From the NCBI GenBank assembly GCA_910592345.1, contig CAJVPI010000006.1:62001-99928 (forward strand): 37,928 nt of DNA, given 5' to 3'. Below are positions 37,815 to 37,928 of the stretch, in pieces (the stretch's first letter is position 1; each line of letters opens with the position of its first letter). Source of the stretch: Paraglomus brasilianum (Eukaryota). A model generated the notes under the pieces. The model had not been told where the DNA came from. It worked only from the letters and a program-made list of their open reading frames with translations, and made no database searches. A program made the translations under genes and the position numbers.

Positions 37815-37928
37815 TACGCTCGAATATTTATTCACGTCGTATGCAAATCGGTACGTTACGAGTGTAGACCGGTCAGACACCACTTACGCCGCAAAGAGAA
37901 GTGTCCGCTGCGTTCTTAAGAAATATGA

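Overview
Intron-rich, AT-rich eukaryotic (fungal) genomic DNA; gene families and repeat relics suggest an early-diverging fungus (Mucoromycota, Glomeromycotina-like; inference only). Spliced by hand: a large unknown multi-TM protein running off the left edge (-), a U6 snRNA (-) with an atypical 3' hairpin extension, an alpha/beta hydrolase (-), the CAAX protease Rce1 (-), an intronless F-box-like gene (-), a WDR25-like WD40 gene (+), Cdc42 (-) and a type I metacaspase (-) with a GC-AG intron and a Thr-rich N-terminus. Intergenic space holds decayed transposons (Tc1, hAT, pogo-type MITE, Ginger-like integrase, LINE ORF1-like). The last 5 kb has three copies of a ~73-aa two-exon gene (one intact, two frameshifted); two copies abut a tiny Helitron-like element, suggesting Helitron-linked amplification.
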